Source: Trypanosoma brucei (taxonomy: Eukaryota). From it: a stretch of 64,000 nucleotides of DNA. Position 1 is the stretch's first letter. Each line of letters begins with the position of its first letter. The stretch covers positions 1,920,001-1,984,000 of the forward strand of contig CM000208.1 of NCBI GenBank assembly GCA_000002445.1, given 5' to 3'. A model generated the notes under the pieces. That model was given only the letters and a program-made list of their open reading frames with translations. It did not search any database and was not told where the DNA came from. Positions 1 through 11,230 of the stretch are shown piece after piece. Position numbers and translations under genes: made by a program.

Positions 1-138
1 AGCTTACCACTTGCGTTCGTTGTCTTTTACACTTACAGTACGCCGTCTCTCTTTCCTTCTTTCCCTTGCTACCACTACTTTATTTTGTTTACCTCTCCTT
101 ACCCACGTCGTGTTAGGCCACAGACGTATTAAAATACA

Positions 139-921
139 CTACACCAATAACACAGCGTTGATACACCCGTCATTCTCTGGGTTGTTGGTGACTTGCGCAT
201 ACTTCCCCCACACCACCTTTCCGGAGGGTGTCACCAACCCGAGGTCCGATACGTTCACTTCAATGACAGTACCTTTTGTAATGACTCCCAAACCGGTGTA
301 CATTTTCCCCTGTGGGTTTTTCTTTACTCCAATGATGGGCAACTGAAAAGTTGCCTTCAGCTCGGGATGCGTTACGTGTGCCTTCTTGAAACGGAGGGCC
401 ATGGGGCGAATGAAGCGCTCGTACTTTGGAAGTCGTCGGGTGAAGGTCTCACCAACAAACGTAACCTTATTCACCATACGCTTCCACGACTTCTTACCTC
501 GCTTACCAGATGTCACCGCCCGCAGCATTTCATCCTCGCTGACTGGCTTCACCTTCTCGATCGGCACCGCCCACTTCCCAGCCTTCTCCTTGCGCTTCTG
601 TTTCAGAGAGTTGGAAAGAACCTTTGCGCGATCGGCCTCACTACGGTCCATGAGAAAGCTAGGCAATGCATTCTTTGGCCCTTTCTCTTTTACCCGTTCA
701 GTAGTCTGCTTTTCCTCATGCTCGCGAATTTTCTTGCGAATCTCCGCCTTCTCCGCGTAACGCTCCTTAGCTGCTATCTTTGCTTTTATGCCCCGCACTG
801 TCCGAAGCCTTTTCGCCTCCGTGTGAACCTTACGGGCGTTGCGCTTTCTCATTCGCTCTGCATGGTCGAGGCGGCGCCCGTAACGCTTCTGCGCGAGTTC
901 GATATACTCATTTTGCGGCAT
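139..921 (-). CDS. NSA2: Ribosome biogenesis protein NSA2 (TINP1; ribosomal S8e-like fold)
   Basis: 260-aa ORF with ATG start. N-terminus [15 protein letters not shown] is near-identical to eukaryotic NSA2, and the 260-aa length matches the family. Confidence 0.85.
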   Translation of the reverse strand: MPQNEYIELAQKRYGRRLDHAERMRKRNARKVHTEAKRLRTVRGIKAKIAAKERYAEKAEIRKKIREHEEKQTTERVKEKGPKNALPSFLMDRSEADRAKVLSNSLKQKRKEKAGKWAVPIEKVKPVSEDEMLRAVTSGKRGKKSWKRMVNKVTFVGETFTRRLPKYERFIRPMALRFKKAHVTHPELKATFQLPIIGVKKNPQGKMYTGLGVITKGTVIEVNVSDLGLVTPSGKVVWGKYAQVTNNPENDGCINAVLLV

Positions 922-2172
922 TTTCTACAGGAAAAAGAAAACGGAAGGGAAGGACTCAGATCACGTATGCTGCGCCACCCGAAAGAAGGTAGAACCTTTC
1001 CTTACTCCTAGTGTTTGTCTTTCTAAAAGAGATCTGCGCAACGGCGACGATATATTCGTTTGTCAACACAAAGAATGCCAAGGTAAAAGAAACGAAGAAA
1101 AAGGAGAGGGGGAAAAAGGAGGAGGGCAAACAAATGGCAGGAGAAAATGCTTTTTTTGGGGGGGGGAAGGGGGCGAGTTATCATGAAAACGATTGCCACA
1201 CTTTCGCACTGAAAGAAAGTACTCCCTTACCACTGTCACACACCCATCTCCTCGTCCCTCCACTTCTCCCTCTCCGAAAAAAAGAATCCACGTTTCCACG
1301 GGGATCCTTTTGCTCGAAAACTTTCACTGTTTTGAACTAAAGTTTTGTTTTTCCACTCCTTCTGTTCTGTTTTCGTCCCTTTGCATGGCTTCCGCCTTGC
1401 GTTTAACATACACAGAGCCGACGTGGCAATTACTTACTTCCCCCCTAGAACAGCACTGGGGAAGACAATTACATCTGTCAACTCAGCTACAAGCGCTTCT
1501 ATAAGATGTTGCTCGTGTTTAGGGGTGCGCACAAGGTCAAATGTGGGGTATGCGGGGCATGGTGGAGCGATGGCCGGTGGGAGTGGCGGCGTCGGCGGCG
1601 ACATTTGTGTGACGTCCTCATCGTTGCCTTCTGTTCCATCGTATATATGTCGCATGCGGTTGCGCTTTACAATACACAGCCGTTTCTCCACATCGGACAC
1701 TCCCACGCTTTTACTCCGCCGCTCAGCAGGTGCCGAGCGCGCCCGCACTGACGTTGATTGCCCATATTGGCGCCCGCCGTCTCCTATTTCCCCAAGCGAC
1801 CCACCACATTTTCTGGAGCGGAGCCACATGCACTACTGCTGTGTTGTTCGTGTGTCTTTCCCCCGTTGCTCTCCCCACGGGTTCTTTCTACACTTAGCGG
1901 CAACCGCCAGCAGCTACTTTAGTTTACAAGAGCAATGGGGAGTAAAAATAAGGTGATTGACCGAAAATGGTCGACGGTGGCGCTCCCGTGTGTCTCGTTC
2001 CGGACAATCGGGAAGAAAGTCAGTACCCGTGAAGTCGGCAAAACAAGTCTCTCTCCCTTCCCCTACACATCTTCAAAAACAAAGGTTTGCCAAGGCGAAG
2101 AACAGGAGGTGACGAATAAGATTTCAGGGTTGTTCTTTTCTCTCTCTTTCCTTCTCTTTCTTTTAGGGTTCT

Positions 2173-3324
2173 CTATAGGTCTTTCAAAAGTGTGGCCACT
2201 TGGTCAGCATCACGGTTGATGTAACGCCTTCTTCCACATAACATTGGATCTGTTCTTGGCGTCACGCTGCCGTACAGCAAGTCACGAACGGAACTATGGT
2301 CATGGTACGAATGTCGCCCACACACGACGGGGTGCGGGGCCTCCTCCTCGTAAGCTCGCAGGGATGGCAGTTGCTCCGGTACCTCTTCCACCAATTCAAT
2401 CTCCGGCTCCATTGAAGGGGTTTCCATTTCCCAAGGGTCTAACGCGTCAAAAATAGACTCCTTTACGTACCCCACATTTTCATTATAAAGAGGTGATGGT
2501 GAGCAGTTTTCGTCGCCTTTATTCTGCAGCGCGTGCTGTAGCGGAAGCCTGCGCGGCGGATCTTTTTCGATTTCCGCGAAGAGCCGGTTACGCGGTGCGG
2601 CCGGCATAAAGGCAGGGCGCGGTTCTATAGGTTTGGGGGCATTACTCATTCTGCTACTGATGCTGCAGCCAGTTGAGGGTCGACTGATGGAGGAGCGAGT
2701 GACTGGGCGCCGCTGCTCGTCCAGCACAACGCCTGCCGCGGCCTCACGCACTGCAACCGGCCACTTACGCGAATCGACGGCAAATATATCGCGCCGTAAG
2801 CCTTCCTCAACTATCAGCACGGCCTTCTCGCGTTTAATGACGAGGGTAGCAACCCCTGGGAAGTTTATTTTGAACACCTGCTTTTTAAAGATGCCTTCTC
2901 CCACATATGAAAAGAATTCTCGGAGCGCCATCGCTGCAGTTTGCGCCGGGACCCTCGCAATGGCCACTACATCCGCCATATTAACCTTCACATACTCCAG
3001 TTTACTCGGCTCCTGAGGCACCCTAATCGAGTCTATGTTGTATCGGAGGGCAAACTTGCCGTCTATGCCAAAACGAATGCGACGGGCGTGGTACCGTTCC
3101 CTTCCGTCACTGGCTACCGGTCGCGTCTCAAACCAGAAAGAGCCAAAATTGCAGACGCGAACATTACGACCTTCAGTAACGTAGTGACGAATGCAGGTGG
3201 ACACTGCGTCCCACACACGCTCCAGTTCACTAAGGAGGAATACCTCCCTTTTGTAACTGTCCTGGGAAGCGGTGCACTCCATCATAATGGAGCTGTTGCT
3301 TATTGCTCCCTGTACGCTCAACAT
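2173..3324 (-). CDS. Conserved hypothetical protein with tandem HU-like domains resembling the CCDC81 N-terminus
   Basis: 383-aa ORF with ATG start. Motif VWDAVSTCIRHYVTEGRNVRVCNFGSFWFE and a second block NMADVVAIARVP..GVATLVIKREKAV align by eye to CCDC81 HU_1/HU_2. The C-terminal half is acidic and low complexity. Product call is tentative. Confidence 0.5.
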   Translation of the reverse strand: MLSVQGAISNSSIMMECTASQDSYKREVFLLSELERVWDAVSTCIRHYVTEGRNVRVCNFGSFWFETRPVASDGRERYHARRIRFGIDGKFALRYNIDSIRVPQEPSKLEYVKVNMADVVAIARVPAQTAAMALREFFSYVGEGIFKKQVFKINFPGVATLVIKREKAVLIVEEGLRRDIFAVDSRKWPVAVREAAAGVVLDEQRRPVTRSSISRPSTGCSISSRMSNAPKPIEPRPAFMPAAPRNRLFAEIEKDPPRRLPLQHALQNKGDENCSPSPLYNENVGYVKESIFDALDPWEMETPSMEPEIELVEEVPEQLPSLRAYEEEAPHPVVCGRHSYHDHSSVRDLLYGSVTPRTDPMLCGRRRYINRDADQVATLLKDL

Positions 3325-4744
3325 GGGGCCGTGCTTTTCTTGTTTTTATTTTTTATGTTCTAGATACTCTATATGGCACCGTAACTTCTCTTCCCTTGTT
3401 ACCACGCTTCCCACGTTGGCCTCACTCCACCCACGCGCGCTAGGCAATGTGGTGGACTCCCGTGGTATACCTAACACGTGATCCCGACAACAACAAAACG
3501 AGAAAATGGAGGGGAAAGGCGGAAAAGTAATGATACCGGAAATAACAGCATCACTTAAACAGTGGGTAGCGAACAAATCATGCGATGAAACCTGCGCAGC
3601 TGTAACGTGGTCCAACACCTTAACATTTTACTTTCCCCCACTCCTCCCTTCCTAACACAACTGCCCGCCCACATGTACTCTAGGCAAAGCAAGCAAGCGC
3701 CGCAACACCATATCATGACGGCGTGGGGATCCCAACCTCAAAACAAAACGATGCTTGACTGCCACGTGCGGTTCTTTTGTCAGCCGCTCGCATCCGCCGC
3801 TATATTACGCGCCTTGCGTTCGGGTTATGTGCAATTCATGTTATGTTCCGAAATGGCGCTTAGGTACCAATTCAATACCTCGCCGCTGCTCGGAAATCGT
3901 TGGTTTATCTTTCTTTTGCCCCGGAGACATTTGATAGTAACTACTTGGTCAGAGGGAGTACCTTATTGTTCGTGCACTCGCTTTTGTTAGGAGTTATTTG
4001 ATATATTTGAACTAGCTCACCACCATCATCACGCAACAGCGCGTCGGTTGAAAATGGCAGTAATAAAAACAACAACTAAAAAGCAAAAAAAAATATCCCA
4101 GTAAGCGGGTGAAGATACAAAAGGTAAGTGAGGACTAAGGTGGGGGGGCGATATGAGTGATCGCATCGCACTTTTAACTGCAGCTGTCCGACAGGCCAAT
4201 GAAAGGAATACGGCTCGTGACGTGACAACAACAGGAAAGTACAACAGACAGACAAAAAAAGAAGGAACCGACATACCAATGGGGAACACGCGCGCGCTGC
4301 GTGGAGGAGGTGGCGGAACCGGTTGGATGAAGGAAGAGAAGAGGGGGATGACAGGGCAAAGGGCCCTAACCGCTGAATTCACTCCCTCCTTCCCACCTTT
4401 TCTTTACCCACTCCTCCCGTTTTCTATTCTTTGAGTTAAATTCATACGCTTTCCTTCATTGTTCAACTCTTTTTTGTTCTCCCCACTCCGTCGTTCTCTC
4501 CATTCCTCCACACCCCGCCTTTGTTGTCCGGCTACTTGCCGCACACTTTTAAAACCACGCTTCTTTTTCTCTTATTGTTGTTTCTTTTTTGAAATAAGAT
4601 GCAATTACATTACGGTAGAGAGGAACCCGATGAAGAGGGTTGGTATTCTTATTCTGCTTAGATCAGAGATGAGAGGCACAGGGCAACAACAGCAACAACA
4701 ATAACTTCACCAACAAAAATATACCCCGAATTGACCCACGGCAT

Positions 4745-6979
4745 CTACTGGGAAACTGCGAGCCTCTTTAGGTGATCAATAAACACACTTAGAGATGCAT
4801 CATCCGTGTACACCAATTCCTCCTCACTACCGCCGTAACCCCGGCCCCCGTCGCTACCGTAAGAACGGCTCGGATTAATTCTATTGCGAAGAATACGTGC
4901 ATCAGGATCATCTTGGCACACGTAAATAAATCGCGGTGTCGGATACCTACCTCCTACAAGCCTCGCTGCGTCATCAACAGGATACTGCAGGAACTCTTTG
5001 AAGTTCGCATATTCTTCCTGCTCAGCATACCCTGCTTTCTTCCACGCGGCAATTGTGGAGCCCAAGTGGACAAGAACTTCAAAGAAGGTATCAAGAAGAA
5101 GTATGTTATCCGGTTGAATCGCAGCACTATCCAGTGAAACGGGCTGAGGTGGGGCATCCATACGGTAGCTGTACAAAGTCGGTTGAATTTGGATGATTGA
5201 ATCTTGCACGGATGACTTTAGCAGCATAAGACGCAGTATGGTGGTTTCATCAGGACTCGAGTTGAAAACGTGCAGATATCCGGACCGGCGGAGATGAAAC
5301 ATAAACGCAGGAAAGAACACAAACTCTTGTGGAAGACTCAACGAGGAAGGCTGATCCTTGATGTAGGTACCGAATCGGTTCACAAGGCGCACAATTGTCC
5401 TGTCAAGCCACCGAAGGACATCAAACAACGGGGCTGTATCTGCCCGGTGCAACGCCTCACGGGCTAATAAGACAGCGGCCGTCTCCTGATCAAATGACGC
5501 TGCCAGCTCCGGCATACTTGTCACTTGCTGCACCACATGCTTTCGCGTGCAAACACGGACACGCGTCTCGCGACCAATTTCATACTTGGTAACGAACTGA
5601 ACATATCGGAACGGCTGTTTTTGTGCTTCAGGTACCGTCATTGTGTCAAAGTAAATCGCAAAATTCGTTGTGGAATCCATCATGCAGGCGGTCCACTGAC
5701 AAGTGCCCCCCATCCCAATTTCTGAGTCAGCCACCGAGGACGACTTCTTACCCGTACCGACGCACTGTCCAATAACGCCCATAACTTTCCACGAAGGGGA
5801 AGTTATAATGTCCATCGTAACGTTGAGAGCCATTTTCAACGAACCGTCTTCCCTACGCTCAAAGAAACGATCGAGGGACTGGCGGAGTGTTTCCTTCCTC
5901 CATGACTCGTCGTTCAGAATAACGCCTCCCGAAGCCTGGATACACAACTTCATCTCCGCCACACCCGTCTGGTCGAGCGATGCAGTGAAACAACTTAGCG
6001 AGTGCCCGTTTTTCACAATACGCTGCATTAACTTGTCGTAGAAAGCACACGAACTATCCCAGAAGGCGGCGGCAGCGGTGCCGTCACGTATATCAGCATG
6101 CTGACGAATAAATTTCTCCCGCGTTGTTTCTACGGCTATGCCAGGCCCTTCCGTGCATATGCCGGAAATGAAGGCGAGAATGCAAGAGCCGGTGTTGGGT
6201 GACACCATTTCAAGAAAGGCAGATGCTACGGAGAGGGCGGCGCCGGTGCAGCGGAGCGGACGATGTGCTTTTCGTACGGGCCACAAGTCCTGCTGTAACT
6301 CTTGGAAAATGGAGTCCATCGTCTGCTGCAGGCTGGCACGGGTGCCGTAGAACCTCTGCGCATCAGTTATCACACCTTTGAGAGTTTCTACAGTCGCCTC
6401 CTGTGATCCCCGAAACACCAACGAACGTGGATAATCTGTAACACCGCTCAACTCGTGAATTTGCACAGTCGCCCCGTAAGTGATGAGGCACACGAATGCT
6501 CCCTCAGGGATCTTGTTAAATGCACACCCCACAAACTCCCTTAATCCAAAAAGCTCCAGTTCTGTGTCTACACACGTATCCACGACAAAGGCGAAGGTGG
6601 GCGGGTTACGGTCCGCAAAACTCACGTATTCTACTGTCTCGTTGCCTCTCAACAGCTCTTGCGGCAAATCATTGCCCGCCATATAGGCGTAATGTGGCGG
6701 GAAGCTATTTTCCTTGCCGCAAAGAGGGCATCCCCACATCTTTGAGCGGAAGTCAATGCTGCAGTAGGGGTTGACGATTCCACCACATACGCAACGCAGC
6801 GGCTCAGATGAGAGTTCGATGCATGGAGTCTCGATGGGGGCGTAGACGCAGCCGAGTGGGACCACCATCCGCGCCGCGTCGATTCGGTTGGATGGGTACA
6901 AACCCCACGACCATCGGATGGGGTCACACTCAAACACCTGCTCTTCCGGCATTTGCTGTGGTATTCCGTATTGGTCCAT
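4745..6979 (-). CDS. SEC23: COPII coat subunit SEC23 (Sec23/24 zinc finger, trunk, beta-barrel, helical and gelsolin-like regions)
   Basis: The ORF track reports 745 aa ending at 6982, but its first codon is GTG. The first ATG is at 6979 (protein starts MDQYGIPQQ). There is clear end-to-end similarity to Sec23 (zinc-finger CxxC..CxxC, FAFVVDTC, LITYG motifs). I recall T. brucei having two SEC23 paralogues, but which one this is was not determined. Confidence 0.85.
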   Translation of the reverse strand: MDQYGIPQQMPEEQVFECDPIRWSWGLYPSNRIDAARMVVPLGCVYAPIETPCIELSSEPLRCVCGGIVNPYCSIDFRSKMWGCPLCGKENSFPPHYAYMAGNDLPQELLRGNETVEYVSFADRNPPTFAFVVDTCVDTELELFGLREFVGCAFNKIPEGAFVCLITYGATVQIHELSGVTDYPRSLVFRGSQEATVETLKGVITDAQRFYGTRASLQQTMDSIFQELQQDLWPVRKAHRPLRCTGAALSVASAFLEMVSPNTGSCILAFISGICTEGPGIAVETTREKFIRQHADIRDGTAAAAFWDSSCAFYDKLMQRIVKNGHSLSCFTASLDQTGVAEMKLCIQASGGVILNDESWRKETLRQSLDRFFERREDGSLKMALNVTMDIITSPSWKVMGVIGQCVGTGKKSSSVADSEIGMGGTCQWTACMMDSTTNFAIYFDTMTVPEAQKQPFRYVQFVTKYEIGRETRVRVCTRKHVVQQVTSMPELAASFDQETAAVLLAREALHRADTAPLFDVLRWLDRTIVRLVNRFGTYIKDQPSSLSLPQEFVFFPAFMFHLRRSGYLHVFNSSPDETTILRLMLLKSSVQDSIIQIQPTLYSYRMDAPPQPVSLDSAAIQPDNILLLDTFFEVLVHLGSTIAAWKKAGYAEQEEYANFKEFLQYPVDDAARLVGGRYPTPRFIYVCQDDPDARILRNRINPSRSYGSDGGRGYGGSEEELVYTDDASLSVFIDHLKRLAVSQ

Positions 6980-7260
6980 CACTACCCGCCTACTTGTTTC
7001 ACTGGCACTTCTTCCACTAACCCCATGTAGTGAACAGCGGCGTTATACCACCACGCGCCGGACAAACAGAGGTTTGAAAGAATATGTGCATAAGGGCAAT
7101 AAAGAAAGAAAAGCAGAAAACTTTTTTTTTAAAAGCCAATTCCCAAAGGAACAATAACATAAACCACGGAAAACTTGCCTTCCCTTTCGAGGCAAATTAC
7201 ACATTATCCATCCATGAACCACAGCGACAAACACGGGAGTTTTTTTAAATCACTTCCACG

Positions 7261-8016
7261 TCATTTCCCCTTTTGGAAGAACGATCCAAGAACATCGTCC
7301 TCTTCTTCCTTCCCCACGAAAGAACCTCCGGGGTTGGGAGCGCTGCCGGTCAATACGCTTAGTTCAGCGCTTAGCCATGTGGCCAGGGAGCCTCCACCCT
7401 CCAATTTGTTTTCGACCGCTGCCCGCACCGATGCAAGCCATTGTTGGGCCTCTCCCCTCAGAGTGGCAGCGCGTTCGGGAGAGGTTTGAAGCGCACGTAG
7501 CCATTCTTCTTTTGCCTCGTTGTACCGTGACATAAGGCCGGCTATGTACCGCAACTGTGCCGACATCGATGCACCAGCGACCGACTCGCTAGACGGCACT
7601 TCGTCGTTTCTGGCACCGAGTTGATCAATCCACACGCGAGGAAAAATGTTCAGCAATGACCACCACGAGGCCACCTTCGACAACCCCCTTTCGAACTCAT
7701 CACTGTCCGCTGGGCTCAGTGCCCGCACAGCCGTTACCGCTTCAGGTATTACTCTGCTTACCGCCGTCAGTACGCGTCGCTTCCCGGCTTCCGGGACACC
7801 GTTGGCTGCGCATGTGAGGAGGAGCTCGTGTACCACATACAACAACGCGCAGCGTGTGGAGGCACTTGTGGCTGGGTCTTGCATTCGCTCATTTATGGCT
7901 CCCATGATAACGTCTACACTAGAGGCGTGAAGGGCACACCATGTCGCAACACTTATAATGGAACCCGCGGAGCTTCCAACAAGATCCAGCCTGCGATCCA
8001 CCTTTTCCTTGTTCAT
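7261..8016 (-). CDS. CID/RPR-domain protein (RNA Pol II CTD-interacting domain, RPRD/Rtt103-like) with C-terminal coiled coil
   Basis: 251-aa ORF with ATG start. The N-terminal ~130 aa (..IISVATWCALHAS..CALLYVVHELLL..) matches the CID helical repeat pattern, followed by a predicted coiled coil as in RPRD1. Domain call is by eye. Confidence 0.55.
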   Translation of the reverse strand: MNKEKVDRRLDLVGSSAGSIISVATWCALHASSVDVIMGAINERMQDPATSASTRCALLYVVHELLLTCAANGVPEAGKRRVLTAVSRVIPEAVTAVRALSPADSDEFERGLSKVASWWSLLNIFPRVWIDQLGARNDEVPSSESVAGASMSAQLRYIAGLMSRYNEAKEEWLRALQTSPERAATLRGEAQQWLASVRAAVENKLEGGGSLATWLSAELSVLTGSAPNPGGSFVGKEEEDDVLGSFFQKGK

Positions 8017-8382
8017 GCTTACTAGAACTCGCCCCTACCAGCTACTGACACCGGCGGATTGCGCTACGTGTAAATGTTCGCACGTTCGTGCGTAATAATT
8101 GCAGTGAAAAGAACAACACGGTAATGGTCACTTGAGCGGGTTACATCGACGTGAGACTACACCGATTCCCATTTGAAACATTCATTCTCATTTTGTTTAA
8201 TTTTTACAAATGACCGTCTGTTTCCTTGTTCTCTCTTTTTGGCTCCAGTTTCCCCTTGAGACCCCACTCACGTCCCTCAGCGGCCGACTTGCAAAACAAT
8301 GACAAGAGCAACATGACACGGCGCCAACTATGTTGAAAATACGAGCACAAGTACTGCTCCCCAACCGGTGACCATAAGTCGA

Positions 8383-8976
8383 TTAGAAGTCCATCAGCGC
8401 GTAACGAACACGCGCTGTAAACTGTCGGGAGTTTTCAGTAGAGAACGCCCAACGGGGATCTTCCTTCCTTAGCCACGCAATTACGTACGCAACTTGCAAG
8501 TCGCTTGGGAGATCAAACTCCGTTTCCATCCGGTGCTGCCGTATCTCGCCGGTGTGCATCGGCTTCCCGGCAACCTGTAGCCCAACGTCATTTGCTGCGC
8601 GCAGGGAGTTGCGGACATCCATCAAAACATCGCCTGTTGCGGGGTTCTTTTGAACGACATAATATTGCTGCCCGTGGGATTCCAACACGACCCACTCGTG
8701 CTTCTGACGGAAAAGCCGAGCCATACGGTTAGACTCGCATGTCGTATAGAACGTTGACAAGTGCCGAAGTGGATCCTGGGCCTTAAGAAGTACATCCCTG
8801 TGAATGATAACGCGCCCCTCCTTTGAGCAACAGTCGCTAGCGAAGTCTAGTGCAAGTCCACAAGCTGTTGCTGCACCGCAAATGCCAAGGTGGTCAGCCA
8901 ATGTTAGGCGCAGTGGCAGTGCAGTAATTGACAAGGCAGCGCCGGCCATCGCACCGCCCGTGAGGCCTTGGCCCAT
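8383..8976 (-). CDS. Conserved hypothetical protein (glycine-zipper N-terminus)
   Basis: The ORF track starts at 9060 on a non-ATG codon. The first ATG gives MGQGLTGGAMAGAALS.., 198 aa. No recognisable domain. A pyrimidine-rich tract lies upstream. Confidence 0.45.
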   Translation of the reverse strand: MGQGLTGGAMAGAALSITALPLRLTLADHLGICGAATACGLALDFASDCCSKEGRVIIHRDVLLKAQDPLRHLSTFYTTCESNRMARLFRQKHEWVVLESHGQQYYVVQKNPATGDVLMDVRNSLRAANDVGLQVAGKPMHTGEIRQHRMETEFDLPSDLQVAYVIAWLRKEDPRWAFSTENSRQFTARVRYALMDF

Positions 8977-9572
8977 CGCCGCCGGCTTTAGACACTTGCT
9001 TGATTTGTGTTCCTTCACCACCCCTTTATGGGCCTTCAGACTCTGCACATGAAATGCCAATAGTATTGGTAACTTGTAACGTGACAGATTTGTTTAGCAA
9101 CATTTGGCGGCACCCGTAAAACTGCGCAAGATCTGTTAGAGCGCGACATGTAGTGGGTTAAAAAGGAAATGTCGAAATAACAGGAGAACGATCTGGACGT
9201 AAAACGAAGCAAACGACTCAAGTCAAAATCAAAAAAAAAAAGAGTAAGAGGAACAGATGTATTCAACTAACAAACAACACTATTTGTACCCTCCTAAGTG
9301 AATGGAAAGTTTAGCAAACCAAACGCACAGAGCTTGCATTAGGCAGTCAACTGCAGACGGTGCACATGCGAAAGAAAACAAAACAGTAGATGTGCTGAGT
9401 GTAACTACAGCGTAAGGAAGAAGAGCTTCGGGGTCACCGATGAATATTCCAATATTTCTGTACTTCTTTTCGCCCACGACATCTTCCAGCCCTTTGGGTA
9501 TGTGCCGGAAGAGGCACACATACTCGCATGTGCATATGCATATTTCCACATGTTTTAACTGCCGTCTCCAAC

Positions 9573-9608
9573 CCCCCCTCCCCCCATCCCGGGATGGGGG
9601 GAGGGGGG
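9573..9608. repeat. Perfect 36-bp G/C palindrome (C6TC6ATC3|G3ATG6AG6) with G-quadruplex / i-motif potential
   Basis: Read directly and checked codon-by-codon against the overlapping plus-frame ORF translation (QPPLPPSRDGGRGAG). Centred on CCCGGG, intergenic. The G-rich arm continues as ...GGGGGGCGGGGCAGG, giving at least four G-runs. Confidence 0.8.
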
Positions 9609-10231
9609 CGGGGCAGGTGGCGACAAAACGTCTGTACGGGACTTACTCTTCCGGAGAGATGCATGCCATCTCCACGACTGCACAATGCGCAGATGCTCCG
9701 TTATTGTGGTTGTACGAATCTATCAGACAATGCGTACAAAGCAGGGTCTACCACTCAAAAAACTCTATCGTTCACCCCAACATCACGGCTGCGTTAGCAT
9801 TGCGATGACGGCTTCGCGTGCATTGTTACGTGCTGTTGTTTGAACTGAGTGAGCTCGTTCCCACATGTACGCGACGTGTTTCACTTCCCGCACAAGAGCC
9901 CGCACATTACGAACACTCTTGGCAACCACCTAAGAACAATGAAAATCCCACTGACATTGCCGAAGTGCAAAGGCATCTGTCCCTTGCCATCCGTCTCATG
10001 TACAGCATCTAAGTACACCAACTCCGTTCATCACCCACACCAGATCTACGTGGCGAACCCTGCCGCAGGCCCCTGAAAAAAAGGTTTGTGGAGGGCGTTC
10101 CTATTCACAGATGTGCTCCTTGATATCAGGTCTAGTTACATTATAAAATTTCCAAAAATTGCAGAGTTTCGTCGTCCTTTTCTTCGTTCACAAGTCGGAT
10201 GCAGATGCTCTGTTTTGTTCAACGTGGTATG

Positions 10232-10924
10232 CTAATCAGAAGCGGAACTGTAATCACTAGAATCCGAAGAATTTCGCGTAGTACCCTCTGTATCGTTTGT
10301 ATATAGCGTACTTTGTTTTGGAATTGAGCTATACAGAGAGACAGAAGTACCTCGGCTAACGGAAGTGGTCCTCCACTCGGATGACTTCCTGTGGCTCGTA
10401 GAGGAGTACAGAGATGTGCTCGCAAGCGGGGCTGCCTCTGGTGTGCGCATACTGTCATGTGGTCCAACGACACGCTTGCCTTCACGGCCATTATCAGTGC
10501 CTCCTGTCGTCACTGCACCACCTTGCCGATTCCATGCTTTTGTGGCCGACCATCCAGACTTCTGACTCCACCTTTGTTTCCTTTGCCGTTCCGCTTTTAG
10601 TTTATCCCGTCCCCGTTGAATCTTCACCATTTCCTTTTCCTCCATAGCCTGTCGCCACACAAGGCGCGAGTGCTCTGGAGATTTAACCCCCATTTCGCCC
10701 CATTTCAGTATGATCTGCGATGTTCTCTGTTCCCAGTTCTGCAACATAGTGTGAATACGTTGCTGGACCTTTCTACTGATTTCCGGTTCGTCTTCAGCCG
10801 CGCTGGCATCAGGCCGCGGGGTTGAATTAATTTCCCACACTCGGTATGAAAAGCCACCGGCGCCGCGTGGCGGTACCACTACCAAGTCGCGCTTGGTGGG
10901 GGCGACACCCGACTTATATGGCAT
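10232..10924 (-). CDS. Hypothetical protein (basic, coiled-coil middle, Ser/Thr-rich C-terminus)
   Basis: The track's first codon is non-ATG. The first ATG gives MPYKSGVAPTKRD.., 230 aa. Codon usage is coherent along its length. No domain recognised. Confidence 0.45.
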   Translation of the reverse strand: MPYKSGVAPTKRDLVVVPPRGAGGFSYRVWEINSTPRPDASAAEDEPEISRKVQQRIHTMLQNWEQRTSQIILKWGEMGVKSPEHSRLVWRQAMEEKEMVKIQRGRDKLKAERQRKQRWSQKSGWSATKAWNRQGGAVTTGGTDNGREGKRVVGPHDSMRTPEAAPLASTSLYSSTSHRKSSEWRTTSVSRGTSVSLYSSIPKQSTLYTNDTEGTTRNSSDSSDYSSASD

Positions 10925-11230
10925 TGCGGGCGCGAACAATATCTAAACTGCTACAGAGGGCGGTCAAGATGATAGCGGTGATTGCACTCAAAGAGGCATA
11001 AGGATAAAAAGCATTGCGGTAGCACTAATGAAACAGTTTATGAACATATATCAGGTTCTCCTTCGGAGAACGTCGAAACCTTCTGACCTACCCAAGATAC
11101 GGTGTATATGATGTATATGTGCATGTGGGTGGGAGGTCCCATATGGCTGAGCAACATTTCGTGAGCGACGTGATGGGGGCCATCAAAAACACAGACCCAC
11201 CACAAGCGCTCGCCCGCTGGACAGTCCTGT

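Noticed and set aside
193-1011. 272-aa plus-strand ORF overlapping NSA2
   Set aside because: Antisense shadow of the minus-strand NSA2 CDS, with an Arg/Leu/Ser-rich composition typical of shadow frames. No support for a plus-strand gene anywhere in the window.
4029-4382. 117-aa minus-strand ORF between the HU-like gene and SEC23
   Set aside because: The translation is dominated by proline/phenylalanine from pyrimidine tracts (VPPPPPRSARVFPIG, FFCFLVVVF). It is most likely a UTR or splice-acceptor region rather than coding.
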